From Gemmatimonas sp. (GTDB lineage: Bacteria > Pseudomonadota > Alphaproteobacteria > SMXQ01): DNA of 64,000 nucleotides. The stretch lies in the NCBI GenBank assembly GCA_050260515.1, contig JBLNCI010000009.1, forward strand, positions 3,669-67,668, read 5' to 3'. Positions within the stretch are counted from its first letter, which is position 1; each line of letters starts with the position of its first letter. Shown here piece by piece: positions 40,672 to 50,441 of the stretch. A model generated the notes under the pieces. The model was not told where the DNA came from and searched no databases. It saw nothing but the letters and a program-made list of their open reading frames with translations. The position numbers and the translations under genes were made by a program.

Positions 40672-42648
40672 ATGGCGACGGCGGCGGAACGCAAGGCTCC
40701 CTTCGACACGCATCTCGACGATGTCCGGCTGCAGGCGGCGCTCGAGACGACGTGGAAGGACGCGCCCGGCCTGTGGGGCTGGCTGACGACCATCGACCAC
40801 AAGCGGATTTCGCGGCGCTACATCGTCACCGCGTTCGTGTTCTTCCTCCTGGGCGGCATTGACGCCTTCATCATGCGCCTGCAGTTGGCGCAGCCGGACA
40901 GCCATCTCGTCGGCGCCGACTTCTACAACCAGATGTTCACGATGCACGGCTCGACGATGATGTTCCTGTTCGCCGTGCCGATCATGGAGGCGATCGGTCT
41001 CTACTTCGTGCCGCTGATGCTCGGCACCCGCAACCTGCCGTTCCCGCGTCTCAACGCGTTCGGCTACTGGGTGTACCTGTTCGGCGGGGTGTTCCTGTAC
41101 ATCTCGTTCTTCCTCAACTCCGCGCCGGACGTGGGCTGGTTCGCGTACGTGCCGCTCTCCGGACCCGAGTACGCGCCCGGCAAGCGCGCCGACATCTGGG
41201 CGCAGATGATCACGTTCACGGAGCTTGCGGGCCTGGTCGGAGCGATCCAGACGGTCACGGCGGTGTTCAAGCAGCGCGCGCCGGGAATGACGCTCGACCG
41301 CATCCCGCTGTTCGTGTGGTCGCAGCTCGTGACGGCGTTCATGATCATCTTCGCGATGCCCGCGGTGATGCTCGCCAGCACCAGCCTGATCCTCGATCGG
41401 CTGATCGGCACCCACTTCTTCAATTACGCCGAGGGCGGGTCGACGTTGCTGTGGCAGCACCTGTTCTGGTTCTTCGGCCATCCCGAGGTCTACATCATCT
41501 TCATTCCCGCGACCGGCATGGTGTCGATGATGGTCGAGACCTTCGCCCGGCGGCCGGTGTTCGGCCACAGCGCCATCGTCGTGTCGCTGATCGCGACCGG
41601 GTTCCTCGGCTTCGGGCTGTGGGTCCACCACATGTTCGCGACCGGCTTGCCCCATCTCGGCAACAGCTTCTTCACCGCCGCCAGCATGACGATCGCCGTG
41701 CCGAGCGGAATCCAGATCTTCTGCTGGATCGCCACGCTGTGGGGCAGCCGTCCGGTGCTCAAGACGCCGCTGCTGTTCGTGCTCGGGTTCTTCTTCATCT
41801 TCGTCCTCGGCGGACTCACGGGGGTGATGCTCGCCTCGGTGCCGATCGACCTCCAGGTCCACGACACGTATTTCGTCGTCGCCCATTTCCACTACGTGCT
41901 GATCGGCGGCGCCGTGTTTCCGCTGTTCGGGGCCTTCTACTACTGGTTCCCGAAGATCACCGGGCGGATGCTCAGCGAGCGTCTCGGCAGGATCAACTTC
42001 TGGCTGTTCTTCATCGGCTTCAACGTCGCCTTCTTCCCGATGCACATCCTCGGGCTCGCGGGCATGCCGCGGCGCGTCTACACCTATCCCGCGGTCATGC
42101 AGTGGGGCGAGCTCAACCTGGTCGCCACCTGCGGCGCGGCGCTGATCGCGCTCAGCGTCCTCGCCTTCGTCGTCAACGTCGCGGTGAACGTGCGGCGCGG
42201 CGCGGTGGCGGGCGACAATCCGTGGGGCGCGGCGTCGCTCGAGTGGGCGACGACGTCGCCGCCGCCACCCTACAACTTCCTGCGCATGCCCGCGGTGGTC
42301 AGCCTCACTCCGCTGTGGTCGGAGCCAGCGATGCTGCCGGTGGTCGACGGGCTGCGCGTCGATGTCCGCGAGCTGCTGGTGACGACGGTCAGCGACGCGG
42401 TCCCGAATCAGCGCGAGGAGCTGCCGCACCCCTCCATCTGGCCGCTGCTGTCGGCGATCGTCAGCACCGTGGTGCTGATCTGGTCGATCTTCACGCCATG
42501 GGCGATCACCTATGGCGCGATTCCGGTCGCGATCGTCCTGATCGGCTGGTTCTGGCCGACGGAAGAGATCTCGAACGAGGCCGTCATTCCCGATTCGGTG
42601 AAGGGGAAGCAGCCGTTGTCGTTCCTGCCCGGGGAGAAGCCGGTATGA
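40672..42648 (+). CDS. ctaD: cytochrome c oxidase subunit I (haem-copper oxidase catalytic subunit) with C-terminal extension
   Basis: ORF 40672..42648(+), 658 aa. 12+ TM, canonical His ligands (e.g. HFHYVLIGG, WFFGHPEVY). Confidence 0.95.
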   Translation: MATAAERKAPFDTHLDDVRLQAALETTWKDAPGLWGWLTTIDHKRISRRYIVTAFVFFLLGGIDAFIMRLQLAQPDSHLVGADFYNQMFTMHGSTMMFLFAVPIMEAIGLYFVPLMLGTRNLPFPRLNAFGYWVYLFGGVFLYISFFLNSAPDVGWFAYVPLSGPEYAPGKRADIWAQMITFTELAGLVGAIQTVTAVFKQRAPGMTLDRIPLFVWSQLVTAFMIIFAMPAVMLASTSLILDRLIGTHFFNYAEGGSTLLWQHLFWFFGHPEVYIIFIPATGMVSMMVETFARRPVFGHSAIVVSLIATGFLGFGLWVHHMFATGLPHLGNSFFTAASMTIAVPSGIQIFCWIATLWGSRPVLKTPLLFVLGFFFIFVLGGLTGVMLASVPIDLQVHDTYFVVAHFHYVLIGGAVFPLFGAFYYWFPKITGRMLSERLGRINFWLFFIGFNVAFFPMHILGLAGMPRRVYTYPAVMQWGELNLVATCGAALIALSVLAFVVNVAVNVRRGAVAGDNPWGAASLEWATTSPPPPYNFLRMPAVVSLTPLWSEPAMLPVVDGLRVDVRELLVTTVSDAVPNQREELPHPSIWPLLSAIVSTVVLIWSIFTPWAITYGAIPVAIVLIGWFWPTEEISNEAVIPDSVKGKQPLSFLPGEKPV

Positions 42649-43250
42649 AGACCCGCAGCGTTCTCAACGTCAGCGAGCTTCCGACCTGGAGCTTCGGCCA
42701 CCTCAGCCTGATGTGGTGGGGAACGCTGGGCTTCATGCTGATCGAAGGCACCGTCTTCGTGCTGGCGGTCGCGATGTACTTCTACCTGATGACGATCGCC
42801 GACCAGTGGCCGTTGAACGTCGCCCCGCCGTCGCTGACGTGGGGGACGGTGTTCCTCGGTGTCCTGCTGCTGAGCATCTGGCCGAACCATTGGGCGGAGC
42901 GCGTCGCCAAGGAAGAGAACCTCCACAAGGTGCGGCGTGGCCTCATCCTCACCGCCGCGTTCGGCATCGTCCTGATCGGGATCCGCGTGTTCGAGTTCCG
43001 CGCGCTCAACATCCGTTGGGACGAGAACGCCTATGGCTCGGTGCTGTGGCTCCTGCTCGGCCTCCACACGACCCATCTGGTCACCGACGTCGTCGACACG
43101 TTGGTGTTGACCGCGCTGATGATGACCGGGCCGCTGCACAAGAAGCGCTATTCGGACGTCACCGACAACGCGTTCTACTGGGACTTCGTCGTGCTGGCGT
43201 GGATACCCATCTACGCCGTCCTCTACTGGGCTCCGCGGCTCGGAGGCTGA
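42645..43250 (+). CDS. ctaE: cytochrome c oxidase subunit III
   Basis: In-frame part of ORF 41316..43250 from ATG 42645 (MKTRSVLNVSELPTWSFGHLSLMWWGTLGFMLIEG...), SU III family, 5 TM. ATGA overlap with ctaD. Confidence 0.85.
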   Translation: MKTRSVLNVSELPTWSFGHLSLMWWGTLGFMLIEGTVFVLAVAMYFYLMTIADQWPLNVAPPSLTWGTVFLGVLLLSIWPNHWAERVAKEENLHKVRRGLILTAAFGIVLIGIRVFEFRALNIRWDENAYGSVLWLLLGLHTTHLVTDVVDTLVLTALMMTGPLHKKRYSDVTDNAFYWDFVVLAWIPIYAVLYWAPRLGG

Positions 43251-43252
43251 CG

Positions 43253-43591
43253 ATGCGACGCGACATCGCGATCACCGCCTCGTCCTGGAGCGGCCTGTTC
43301 GCCGGGTCCGCCGCCTGGTTCACCGCCCAGCAGGCGGGCGCGTGGAAGGTGTTTGCCGAATGCGCCGACCACCGTCTGTGGGTGATCGCGATCAACGTCA
43401 TTGCGCTGGCCGTGGCCCTTGCCGGCGCCGCGCTGTCGTGGCGGGTGCGGCGGGTGCCGGACGTGACCGGTCTCAGCGCGGAACGGCTCAATTTTACGGG
43501 CGTGCTGTGCGCGGGTATCGCCGTCGTGTTCGCCATGGCCATCGTTCTGCAGGGGATGGCCGGCATGATCCTGAGCGGGTGCGAGCGGTGA
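43253..43591 (+). CDS. small membrane protein, putative caa3 oxidase subunit IV-like
   Basis: In-frame part of ORF 42713..43591 from ATG 43253, 112 aa, 3 TM. Position between ctaE and ctaG resembles Bacillus ctaF. Confidence 0.45.
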   Translation: MRRDIAITASSWSGLFAGSAAWFTAQQAGAWKVFAECADHRLWVIAINVIALAVALAGAALSWRVRRVPDVTGLSAERLNFTGVLCAGIAVVFAMAIVLQGMAGMILSGCER

Positions 43592-44484
43592 GGGCGCGCG
43601 GGTGCCTTGCGGCGGCGCTGGTCGTGGCGGTGCCTGAGGTCGCCCATGCGCATGGGATCGCCGGCAGCGGGCCCGAGAGCGAGCTGTGGATCTCGGCCGG
43701 TCTCGGAGCGTCGCTTCTCCTCTATGCGCTCGGACTCTCGCGTCTATGGCGCTCCGCGGGAACCGGGCGCGGGATCTCGCTCCGCCAGGCCGTCCTGTTC
43801 GTCGCCGGCTGGGCGGTGCTGGCCGGCGCCCTGCTGTCGCCGCTTGGGGCGGCGAGCGGCGAGTCCTTCGCCGCGCACATGATCGAGCACGAGCTCCTGA
43901 TGGCGGTGGCCGCTCCGGTGCTGGTGCTGTCGCGCCCTTTGGGCGCGATGATCTGGGCCTTTCGCGCGAACGCCCGGCGCGGCCTCGGAGCGCTCGCGCG
44001 CAACCGCGCCGTCGCGACGGTCTGGCAGGCGATGCTGAAGCCCGGTCCCGCGTGGGGCATTCACGCCGCGGCGCTGTGGGGCTGGCACGCACCCGCCCTG
44101 TTCGGCGCGGCGCTCGTCGATCCGTGGACCCACGCGGCACAGCACGCGTCATTCCTCGCTGCCGCCCTGATCTACTGGTGGTCGCTGTTCCGCCCGGCCG
44201 AGCGCCGTCACGCCGGAATCGCCGTTCTGTCGCTGTTCGGGACGTCGATCCAGACCACGCTGCTCGGCGCGCTGCTCGCGGTCTCGACGGCGCCCTGGTA
44301 CGCCGTCTACCGCGACGGCCGAGGCGCCTTCGGCCTCACGCCGCTCGAAGACCAGCAGCTCGCCGGGCTGGTGATGTGGATTCCTGCGGGAACGGTGTAC
44401 ATGGGCGCGGCGCTGGCCCTGATCTACGGCGCGCTGCAGGGCGCGGCGCGGCCGTCGGGAGGCGTCCATGTCGCTCGGACGTAG
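43588..44484 (+). CDS. ctaG: cytochrome c oxidase (caa3-type) assembly factor CtaG (Caa3_CtaG family membrane protein)
   Basis: In-frame part of ORF 43342..44484 from GTG 43588 (VRARGCLAAALVVAVPEVAHAHGIAGS...HMIEHELLMAVAAP...). Polytopic protein with conserved His/Met motifs. Confidence 0.7.
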   Translation: MRARGCLAAALVVAVPEVAHAHGIAGSGPESELWISAGLGASLLLYALGLSRLWRSAGTGRGISLRQAVLFVAGWAVLAGALLSPLGAASGESFAAHMIEHELLMAVAAPVLVLSRPLGAMIWAFRANARRGLGALARNRAVATVWQAMLKPGPAWGIHAAALWGWHAPALFGAALVDPWTHAAQHASFLAAALIYWWSLFRPAERRHAGIAVLSLFGTSIQTTLLGALLAVSTAPWYAVYRDGRGAFGLTPLEDQQLAGLVMWIPAGTVYMGAALALIYGALQGAARPSGGVHVART

Positions 44485-44893
44485 GCGCCGCGATCGCTTG
44501 ATCGTCGCAGTGTTCGCGGTCGCGGTGCTGGGGGTGGCGATCGGCTACGGCGGATTTCGCTGGGTCGGCAAGCAGGCGCAGCAGCGCCACCTGGTGACGG
44601 CGCTGACTCGCGGCGGCGACCCGGTTCGCGGGCGCGGCGCGATCGTGCGCTACGGCTGCGGCGGATGTCACACAATCAGCTCGATCCGCACCGCGAACGG
44701 CCTCGTCGGGCCGCCGCTCGACGGCGTTGCCGGCCGACTTTACATCGCAGGCGTGGTGCCGAACACGCCCGACGCGCTCATGGCGTGGATCCGCGATCCC
44801 CGCGCCGTCGATGGCAAGACCGCGATGCCGAACACCGGCGTGACGGCGGACGATGCGCGCGACATCGCCGCGTTTCTCTACACGCTGCGCTGA
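44468..44893 (+). CDS. membrane-anchored class I c-type cytochrome
   Basis: ORF 44468..44893(+), 141 aa, N-terminal TM anchor, CGGCH haem site, Met ligand (TAMPNTG). Confidence 0.8.
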   Translation: MSLGRRRRDRLIVAVFAVAVLGVAIGYGGFRWVGKQAQQRHLVTALTRGGDPVRGRGAIVRYGCGGCHTISSIRTANGLVGPPLDGVAGRLYIAGVVPNTPDALMAWIRDPRAVDGKTAMPNTGVTADDARDIAAFLYTLR

Positions 44894-45684
44894 CCGCCGC
44901 TCCGATTTTCGGCGAGCGCCGCGGCGATCCGTCGCGCACCCTCGACCACGTTCTTTGCGCAGATATCCTCGGCGGCCTTTGAGAAGCGCGCGTTGGGGAT
45001 CGAGACGTGCAACGCCGCCACGCCGTGCCCGGCGGCGTCGACGATCGCGCAGCCGACTGCGTGCCCGCCCGGCGTGTACTCGGCGCTCGTCACCACGTAG
45101 CCGCGCCGGCGCGTGCGCGCGATGTCCTCGCGGATCTTGTCCGCATCCACCAGCGTCGTCTTCTGGAACGGCACCAGCTTGGTGCGGGCGAGGTAAGACC
45201 GGACCTCCTCGTCGGTCATGGCGGCGAGCAGCGCCCGGCTGGCCGCACCCGCGTAGAGCGGTACCGGTGTGCCGATTTGCTGCGTCTGCCCGATTGCGTG
45301 CGTGCTCTCGACGGTGTCGATGTTGTAGCGGAAGTCGCCGCGCCGGACGCTGAGCACCACGCTTTCGTTCACCGCGTCGCGGATCGCCTGCATCACCGGC
45401 CGTGCGTGCGCGCGGATGTCGAGGCTTTGCAGGAGGTCGTCGGCGAGTCGCAAGGTCGCGAACCCGAGCGTGTACGTCGCGGTCGCCGGGTTGTGCTGCA
45501 GGAGTCCGTGGCGGACGAGGTTGGTGAGGATGCGGAACGCCGTCGGCTTCGGCAGTCTCAGCCGCGATGAGATCTGCGGCAGGCTCAGCTCCGGCGTCGC
45601 GCGGCCGAAGCACTCGAGGATGCGGGCGGCGCGGTCGACGATGCGGACGAGCTTCATCGGCGGATCGGCGGGCTTGGCGCTCAT
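44878..45684 (-). CDS. IclR-family transcriptional regulator
   Basis: C-terminal 268 aa of composite ORF 44878..46572(-) from ATG 45684 (MSAKPADPPMKLVRIVDRAARILECF...LPQISSRLRLPKPTAFRILTNLV...). HTH plus IclR effector domain. Confidence 0.85.
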   Translation of the reverse strand: MSAKPADPPMKLVRIVDRAARILECFGRATPELSLPQISSRLRLPKPTAFRILTNLVRHGLLQHNPATATYTLGFATLRLADDLLQSLDIRAHARPVMQAIRDAVNESVVLSVRRGDFRYNIDTVESTHAIGQTQQIGTPVPLYAGAASRALLAAMTDEEVRSYLARTKLVPFQKTTLVDADKIREDIARTRRRGYVVTSAEYTPGGHAVGCAIVDAAGHGVAALHVSIPNARFSKAAEDICAKNVVEGARRIAAALAENRSGGQRSV

Positions 45685-46475
45685 GGCGTGTACCCCAACG
45701 CCCGGGACAGCACCGCGGCGCCGTCGGTCGCCGCCTTGATGCATCGGCGGCGTAGCTCTTTCGTGAACCGCTCGTTGGGGCACGAAATGGTGAGCGCCGC
45801 CACGGTCTCCCCGGTGTAGCTCTTCACCGGCGCCGACACGGCGGCGGTGTGCGGATTGACGGTGCCGGCAACGACGGCATAACCGTCGCGCTTGACCGCG
45901 TTCAGAGTCTGCAGCAGTTCGGCGCGCGGCTCGGCGACGTCGGTGCGGCGCGCGAGATAGGCTTCGATCTCGGTGGGCGGCATGCCCGCGAGGAGGGCCA
46001 GCCCGGCGGCCCCGACGTGCAGCGGTCCCTCGTGGCCGAGCTGGGTCACGCGGCGGATCGGCTGCAAGCTCTCGACGTAGTCGAGATGCACGCGCCGGTC
46101 GCCGACCTTGAGGCTCAGGATCACCGTCTCGTCGACTGCGTCGCGCACCTGTCGCATCAGCGGCACCGCGCTCTCCCGGATGTCGAGAAGGTTCCGCCGC
46201 ACGTCGCCGAGACGGAGCCATGCGAAGCCGAGTCGATAGGGGCCCGTCGGCGAGTCGCGCATCAGCAGATCGTGGACGACGAGGGTGTTGAGAATGCCCA
46301 GCAGCGTGGCCTTGGGGACCCCGGTGCGCTCGACGAGCTGCGCAAGGGAATGCTCGGGCGCGCCGCGCGTGAACAGCGCGAGCACCCGCGCCGCCCGCGC
46401 GACCGCCTCCCCCTTGTAGCGCACGTCGGAATCGACGCGCTCCCGGTCGGTGCGGATACGTTGCGGCGCGGCCAC
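45681..46475 (-). CDS. IclR-family transcriptional regulator (second, tandem)
   Basis: ORF 45681..46475(-), 264 aa (...ARVLALFTRGAPEHSLAQLVERTGVPKATLLGILNTLV...). ATGA overlap with the downstream IclR gene. Confidence 0.85.
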   Translation of the reverse strand: MAAPQRIRTDRERVDSDVRYKGEAVARAARVLALFTRGAPEHSLAQLVERTGVPKATLLGILNTLVVHDLLMRDSPTGPYRLGFAWLRLGDVRRNLLDIRESAVPLMRQVRDAVDETVILSLKVGDRRVHLDYVESLQPIRRVTQLGHEGPLHVGAAGLALLAGMPPTEIEAYLARRTDVAEPRAELLQTLNAVKRDGYAVVAGTVNPHTAAVSAPVKSYTGETVAALTISCPNERFTKELRRRCIKAATDGAAVLSRALGYTP

Positions 46476-46515
46476 GCGTGTTCTCCTGATTCAGTGATGC
46501 CACCGTCCGGCGCCT

Positions 46516-46562
46516 TGACGGTGCCCGGGACGTTGCGTCAGTATCGTCACGTAAAACGATAC
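46516..46562. promoter_or_regulatory. two palindromes in the divergent IclR/TauD promoter region (TGACG-N15-CGTCA and GTATCGT-N8-ACGATAC), candidate IclR operators
   Basis: Seen directly: tgacggtgcccgggacgttgcgtcagtatcgtcacgtaaaacgatac, 30-75 bp upstream of the TauD ATG. Confidence 0.35.
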
Positions 46563-46592
46563 ACTGTTTCATTATTTGTGGAAAGGGCCGCC

Positions 46593-47462
46593 ATGCAGGA
46601 CGTCCTCGATATCAAGGTGACGCCGCTTTCGTCCGCCTGCGGCGCCGAAATCAGCGGCGTGGACCTGACGCGGGAGCTGACGCCGGCGCAGGTGCGGGCG
46701 ATCAAGGACGCGTGGAACAAGCATCTCGTGCTGGTGTTCCGGGGCCAGACCCTGTCCCAGGAAGACCAGTTGCGCTTCGCCGCGTACTTCGGACCGCTCG
46801 GCGACCGCAAGGTCGCGCCGGACCAGCTCAAGTCGCGCGCCGAAGGCATCTACCAGACCCACGAGAAAGTGCTGCTCGTCACCAACATCCGCGTCGACGG
46901 CAAACCTATTGGCGCGTTCGGCGACGGCGACATGTGGTTCCACATCGATTCCGGCTACTCGGAGCGGCCGTACCGGTACACCTTCCTGTACGGCATCGAG
47001 CTGCCGTCGACCGGCGGCAACACGCTGTTCTCGAACACCTACAAGGCCTACGAGGCGGTGCCCCAGGCGCTCAAGGAGAAGCTCGCCGACAAGAAGGCGC
47101 TGCACATCCACGAGTACAAGCGCACCGAGAAGGCGGATCTTTCGGGCGACATCAGCCGGATTCCGCACTTCTACCATCCGGTGTTCATCACCCACCCGGA
47201 CACCGGCCGCAAGGCGCTGTTCGTCGACCGGCTGATGACGGCGCGCATCGACGACCTGCCCGAGGAGGAGAACGCGGCGATCCTCGAACAGCTCTACGAG
47301 ATCGGCGAGCGCCGCGAGTTCATCTACGAGCACGTGTGGCAGCTCGGAGACTTTGTCATGTGGGACAACCTGGCGACGATCCACGCCCGCACATGGTTCC
47401 CCAAGGAGGAGCGGCGGCTGCTGCGCCGTTGCACCGTCGAGGGCGAGCCGATCCGCGCCTGA
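46593..47462 (+). CDS. TauD/TfdA-family Fe(II)/2-oxoglutarate-dependent dioxygenase
   Basis: In-frame part of ORF 45849..47462 from ATG 46593 (MQDVLDIKVTPLSSACGAEISGVDL...WHIDSGY...H-X-D...), TauD fold, HxD...H facial triad context. Confidence 0.85.
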   Translation: MQDVLDIKVTPLSSACGAEISGVDLTRELTPAQVRAIKDAWNKHLVLVFRGQTLSQEDQLRFAAYFGPLGDRKVAPDQLKSRAEGIYQTHEKVLLVTNIRVDGKPIGAFGDGDMWFHIDSGYSERPYRYTFLYGIELPSTGGNTLFSNTYKAYEAVPQALKEKLADKKALHIHEYKRTEKADLSGDISRIPHFYHPVFITHPDTGRKALFVDRLMTARIDDLPEEENAAILEQLYEIGERREFIYEHVWQLGDFVMWDNLATIHARTWFPKEERRLLRRCTVEGEPIRA

Positions 47463-47508
47463 GGAATCGCAGAGGACATGGACAGAGGTCATCGGCAGAG
47501 GACATGAT

Positions 47509-48108
47509 ATGAGTGCGCGGCTTCCGGTCTTCGAGAAACTCATCGCCGACCTGCGCGCGGTGTGGGCTTCCGAGCCCGACATCCGGCGCCGGATGGAAGC
47601 CGCGAAGCCGCTGCTCGAGCGCTTCTGCCTCGATCCCGTCGTCAAGGCCCACTCGGCGCGGTGGCCCTCCACCGAGGGCTACAAGAACCTGCTGTTCTAC
47701 GTCGATCCGGACCACGAGTTCGTGGTCAACGGCGTGGTGCGAATGCCGGGACGCACCGGCAGCGTCCATGACCACGCCGACGCATGGGTGCTTTACGGCG
47801 TGGTGGACGGCGCGGAGAGCCTCGAGCGCTACGAGCGCGTCGATGACGGCAGCAAGCCGGGGTACGCCGAGGTGAAGCTCACATCGGTGACGACCGGCGC
47901 CCAGGGCAAGGTCGACATCGTGGCGCCGTGGGCGATCCATGCCGAGCAGGGCGGCCCGACGCGCTCGGTCGCCATCATTCTGCGCAGCCAGAAGCTCGGC
48001 GAAGGCACCGTGCTGCAACACACGTACGACCCGAAGGCGAAGACCGTCATCGAGCGCTTCGGACCGACGCAGATTCCCTACGAGCTCAGGGACGAAGTCG
48101 TCGCCTGA
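47509..48108 (+). CDS. cupin-fold thiol dioxygenase-like protein (cysteine dioxygenase type I / 3-mercaptopropionate dioxygenase family)
   Basis: In-frame part of ORF 47353..48108 from ATG 47509. 3-His motif (SVHDHADAW ... WAIHAEQ) in a cupin barrel. Confidence 0.6.
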   Translation: MSARLPVFEKLIADLRAVWASEPDIRRRMEAAKPLLERFCLDPVVKAHSARWPSTEGYKNLLFYVDPDHEFVVNGVVRMPGRTGSVHDHADAWVLYGVVDGAESLERYERVDDGSKPGYAEVKLTSVTTGAQGKVDIVAPWAIHAEQGGPTRSVAIILRSQKLGEGTVLQHTYDPKAKTVIERFGPTQIPYELRDEVVA

Positions 48109-48196
48109 CCGGCGACGGACTCGTCAGCAAGGCGAAGTGCGGCAATAATGCCGTGCCCGGACGCGCGGACGGTTCGGGCGAACGGGGAGGGGAGCA

Positions 48197-49210
48197 ATGA
48201 TTCGGAAGAGCTGGGTGGCCGTCGCCGCGGTGCTGGCGGCTGCCGCGCCGACGGTGGCGATGCCTGCGGCCGCGCAGGGCATCGAGTTCAAGTCCATGAC
48301 CATCGTCGTCGGCTTCACCGCGGGCGGCGGCTACGACACCTACGCGCGGCTGCTGGCGCGCCACATCGGCCGCAACACGCCGGGGCAACCGAGCGTCGTC
48401 GTGCAGAACATGCCGGGGAGCTCCAGCCTCAAGGCGGTGCAATACCTCGACGCGAACGCGCCGCGCGACGGCAGCGTAATGACGGCGTTCAATCCGGGGC
48501 TGATCACCGAATCGCTGCTCGATCCCGAGAAGATCAAGTTCAAGTTCACCGACGTCGCCTTCGTCGGCAGCATCACGCGCGATCTCCGCGCCTGCTACGC
48601 GTGGGCGGCGAACGGCATCAAGTCGTGGGACGACCTGATCAAGGCGCCGGAGTTCAACATCGGCGCGCCGGCGGCCGGCACCTCGACCTACATCAACGCC
48701 GCGGTGCTCAAGAACATGTTCGGCGTGAAGCTGCGTCAGGTGACGGGCTATCCGGGCAGCGCCGAGGAACGGCTCGCGATCGAGCGCGGCGAACTCGACG
48801 GCGGCTGCGGCGCGTGGAGCAGCAATCCGCCCGACTGGGTCAACAACCGCAGGATCAACCCGATCGTCGCCTTTTCCGAAGGGGACATCCCCAAGATGAT
48901 CGGCAAGCCGCCGTTCATCGTCGATCTGGCGACCAACCAGCAGGACAAGGACGTGCTCAACGTGCTGATCGCGCCCGACGCGGTGGGCCGGCCGTACGTC
49001 GCCTCGCGGCAGGTTGCGGCGGAGCGTCTCGCGGTGACGCGCAAGAGCTTCGACGCGACCGTGCGCGATTCGCAGTTCCTCGCCGAGGCGGAGAAGCTCG
49101 ATCTGCCCGTCGTCGGTCCGATCTCCGGCGCCGATGCGGAGGAGATCATCGCCAGGATCTACGGGTCACCGCCGTCGCTGGTCGAACGCGCCAAGGTGGT
49201 GGCCAGGTAA
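48197..49210 (+). CDS. tripartite tricarboxylate transporter substrate-binding protein (Bug/TctC family)
   Basis: ORF 48197..49210(+), 337 aa, signal peptide, Bug-family motifs (GGGYDTYARLLARH, VVVQNMPG). Confidence 0.85.
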   Translation: MIRKSWVAVAAVLAAAAPTVAMPAAAQGIEFKSMTIVVGFTAGGGYDTYARLLARHIGRNTPGQPSVVVQNMPGSSSLKAVQYLDANAPRDGSVMTAFNPGLITESLLDPEKIKFKFTDVAFVGSITRDLRACYAWAANGIKSWDDLIKAPEFNIGAPAAGTSTYINAAVLKNMFGVKLRQVTGYPGSAEERLAIERGELDGGCGAWSSNPPDWVNNRRINPIVAFSEGDIPKMIGKPPFIVDLATNQQDKDVLNVLIAPDAVGRPYVASRQVAAERLAVTRKSFDATVRDSQFLAEAEKLDLPVVGPISGADAEEIIARIYGSPPSLVERAKVVAR

Positions 49211-49337
49211 CCGCCCGCGCAGTGGACGCGAAAAGGCCCTCGCTCGGGAGGGCCTTTTTCTTTGCCCGTTCCCCCGGGTGCGCCGCGGGGGTAGGCTTTT
49301 CCCAACGAGCTCGAACAGAGCCGGCAGGGAGGGTTCG

Positions 49338-50441
49338 ATGGTGCGTGTCGCGTTGGCGACGGTCGTCGCCTGCTGTCTGGGAATCTCCGCCGCGGTCGCC
49401 GACGACGTCGCCGACTTCTATCGCGGCAAGCGAATGACGATGCTCATCAGCGGGCCGGCCGGAAGCGGCTACGATCTGTATGCGCGCCTGCTCGCCCAGA
49501 ACCTGCCCCGGCACATCCCCGGAAACCCGACCATCGTGTCCCAGAACATGCCGGCGGCCGCGGGGCTGGTGCTGCTGAACACCGCCTACAACACCGGCGC
49601 TCGCGACGGCACGCTCCTCTTCACGCTGCACTTCAATCTGCCGCTCTACCAGGCCATGGGCGGACGCGGCATCCAGTTCGACATCGCCAAGCTCATCGGG
49701 CTCGGCCGCCTGCTCGCGTCGAACGCGGTGATCGGCGTTCACCGCGATTCCAAAACCGGCGTGAAGACGCTGGAGGACGCGAAAAGGGTCGTCACCACGA
49801 TCGGCTCGACGGGGGCGTCGTCGAACGCGACCGTCTATCCCAGCATCATGAACAACCTGGTCGGGACCAAGTTCAAGGTCATCAACGGCTACAACGGTCA
49901 GACCGGCGTGTTCCTCGCCATGGAACGTGGCGAGATCGACGGCTTCGGCAGCTTCTCCTACCTGACATTCAAGTCGGTGAAGCCCGACTGGCTGGAGAAC
50001 AAGGTGTTCTATCCGCTGGTGCAGTGGGGCGAGACGCGCGAGGACGCCTGGCCCGATGTGCCGACGGCGATCGACGTCGCCCAGACCCCGGCCGACAAGC
50101 GGGCGATGGAGCTCGCGTCGGTCGGCTCCGATGTCGGCTTCTCCTATTTCATGCCGCCCGACGTGCCGGCCCCTCGCGTCGCCGCCCTGCGCAAGGCGTT
50201 CGAGAACATGATCGTCGATCCGGCATTCCTCGCCGAAGCCGAGAAGTCGAATGCGCCCCTGCGCACCGCGAGCGGCGAGCACATGGAGGAGATGGTCCGC
50301 CGCGTGCTCAGCGCGCCGCCCGAGGTGATCGAGCGCCTGACGCAGCTCATGGTTGCGAACGGCGGCGTCCGCTGCGAGGATTACACCAAGGCGGAATTCT
50401 GCGCGAAGGCCGCCGAGTCCGCCGCCACCGAGTCGAAGTGA
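49338..50441 (+). CDS. Bug/TctC-family periplasmic solute-binding protein (second copy)
   Basis: In-frame part of ORF 49134..50441 from ATG 49338 (MVRVALATVVACCLGISAAVA...GSGYDLYARLLAQNLPRH...QNMPAAAG). Confidence 0.85.
   Translation: MVRVALATVVACCLGISAAVADDVADFYRGKRMTMLISGPAGSGYDLYARLLAQNLPRHIPGNPTIVSQNMPAAAGLVLLNTAYNTGARDGTLLFTLHFNLPLYQAMGGRGIQFDIAKLIGLGRLLASNAVIGVHRDSKTGVKTLEDAKRVVTTIGSTGASSNATVYPSIMNNLVGTKFKVINGYNGQTGVFLAMERGEIDGFGSFSYLTFKSVKPDWLENKVFYPLVQWGETREDAWPDVPTAIDVAQTPADKRAMELASVGSDVGFSYFMPPDVPAPRVAALRKAFENMIVDPAFLAEAEKSNAPLRTASGEHMEEMVRRVLSAPPEVIERLTQLMVANGGVRCEDYTKAEFCAKAAESAATESK

Noticed and set aside
44878-46572. 564-aa minus-strand ORF
   Set aside because: Composite: only the last 268 aa (from ATG 45684) form the IclR regulator. 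The upstream part is read-through in a wrong frame across the second IclR gene (45681..46475, correct frame listed separately).
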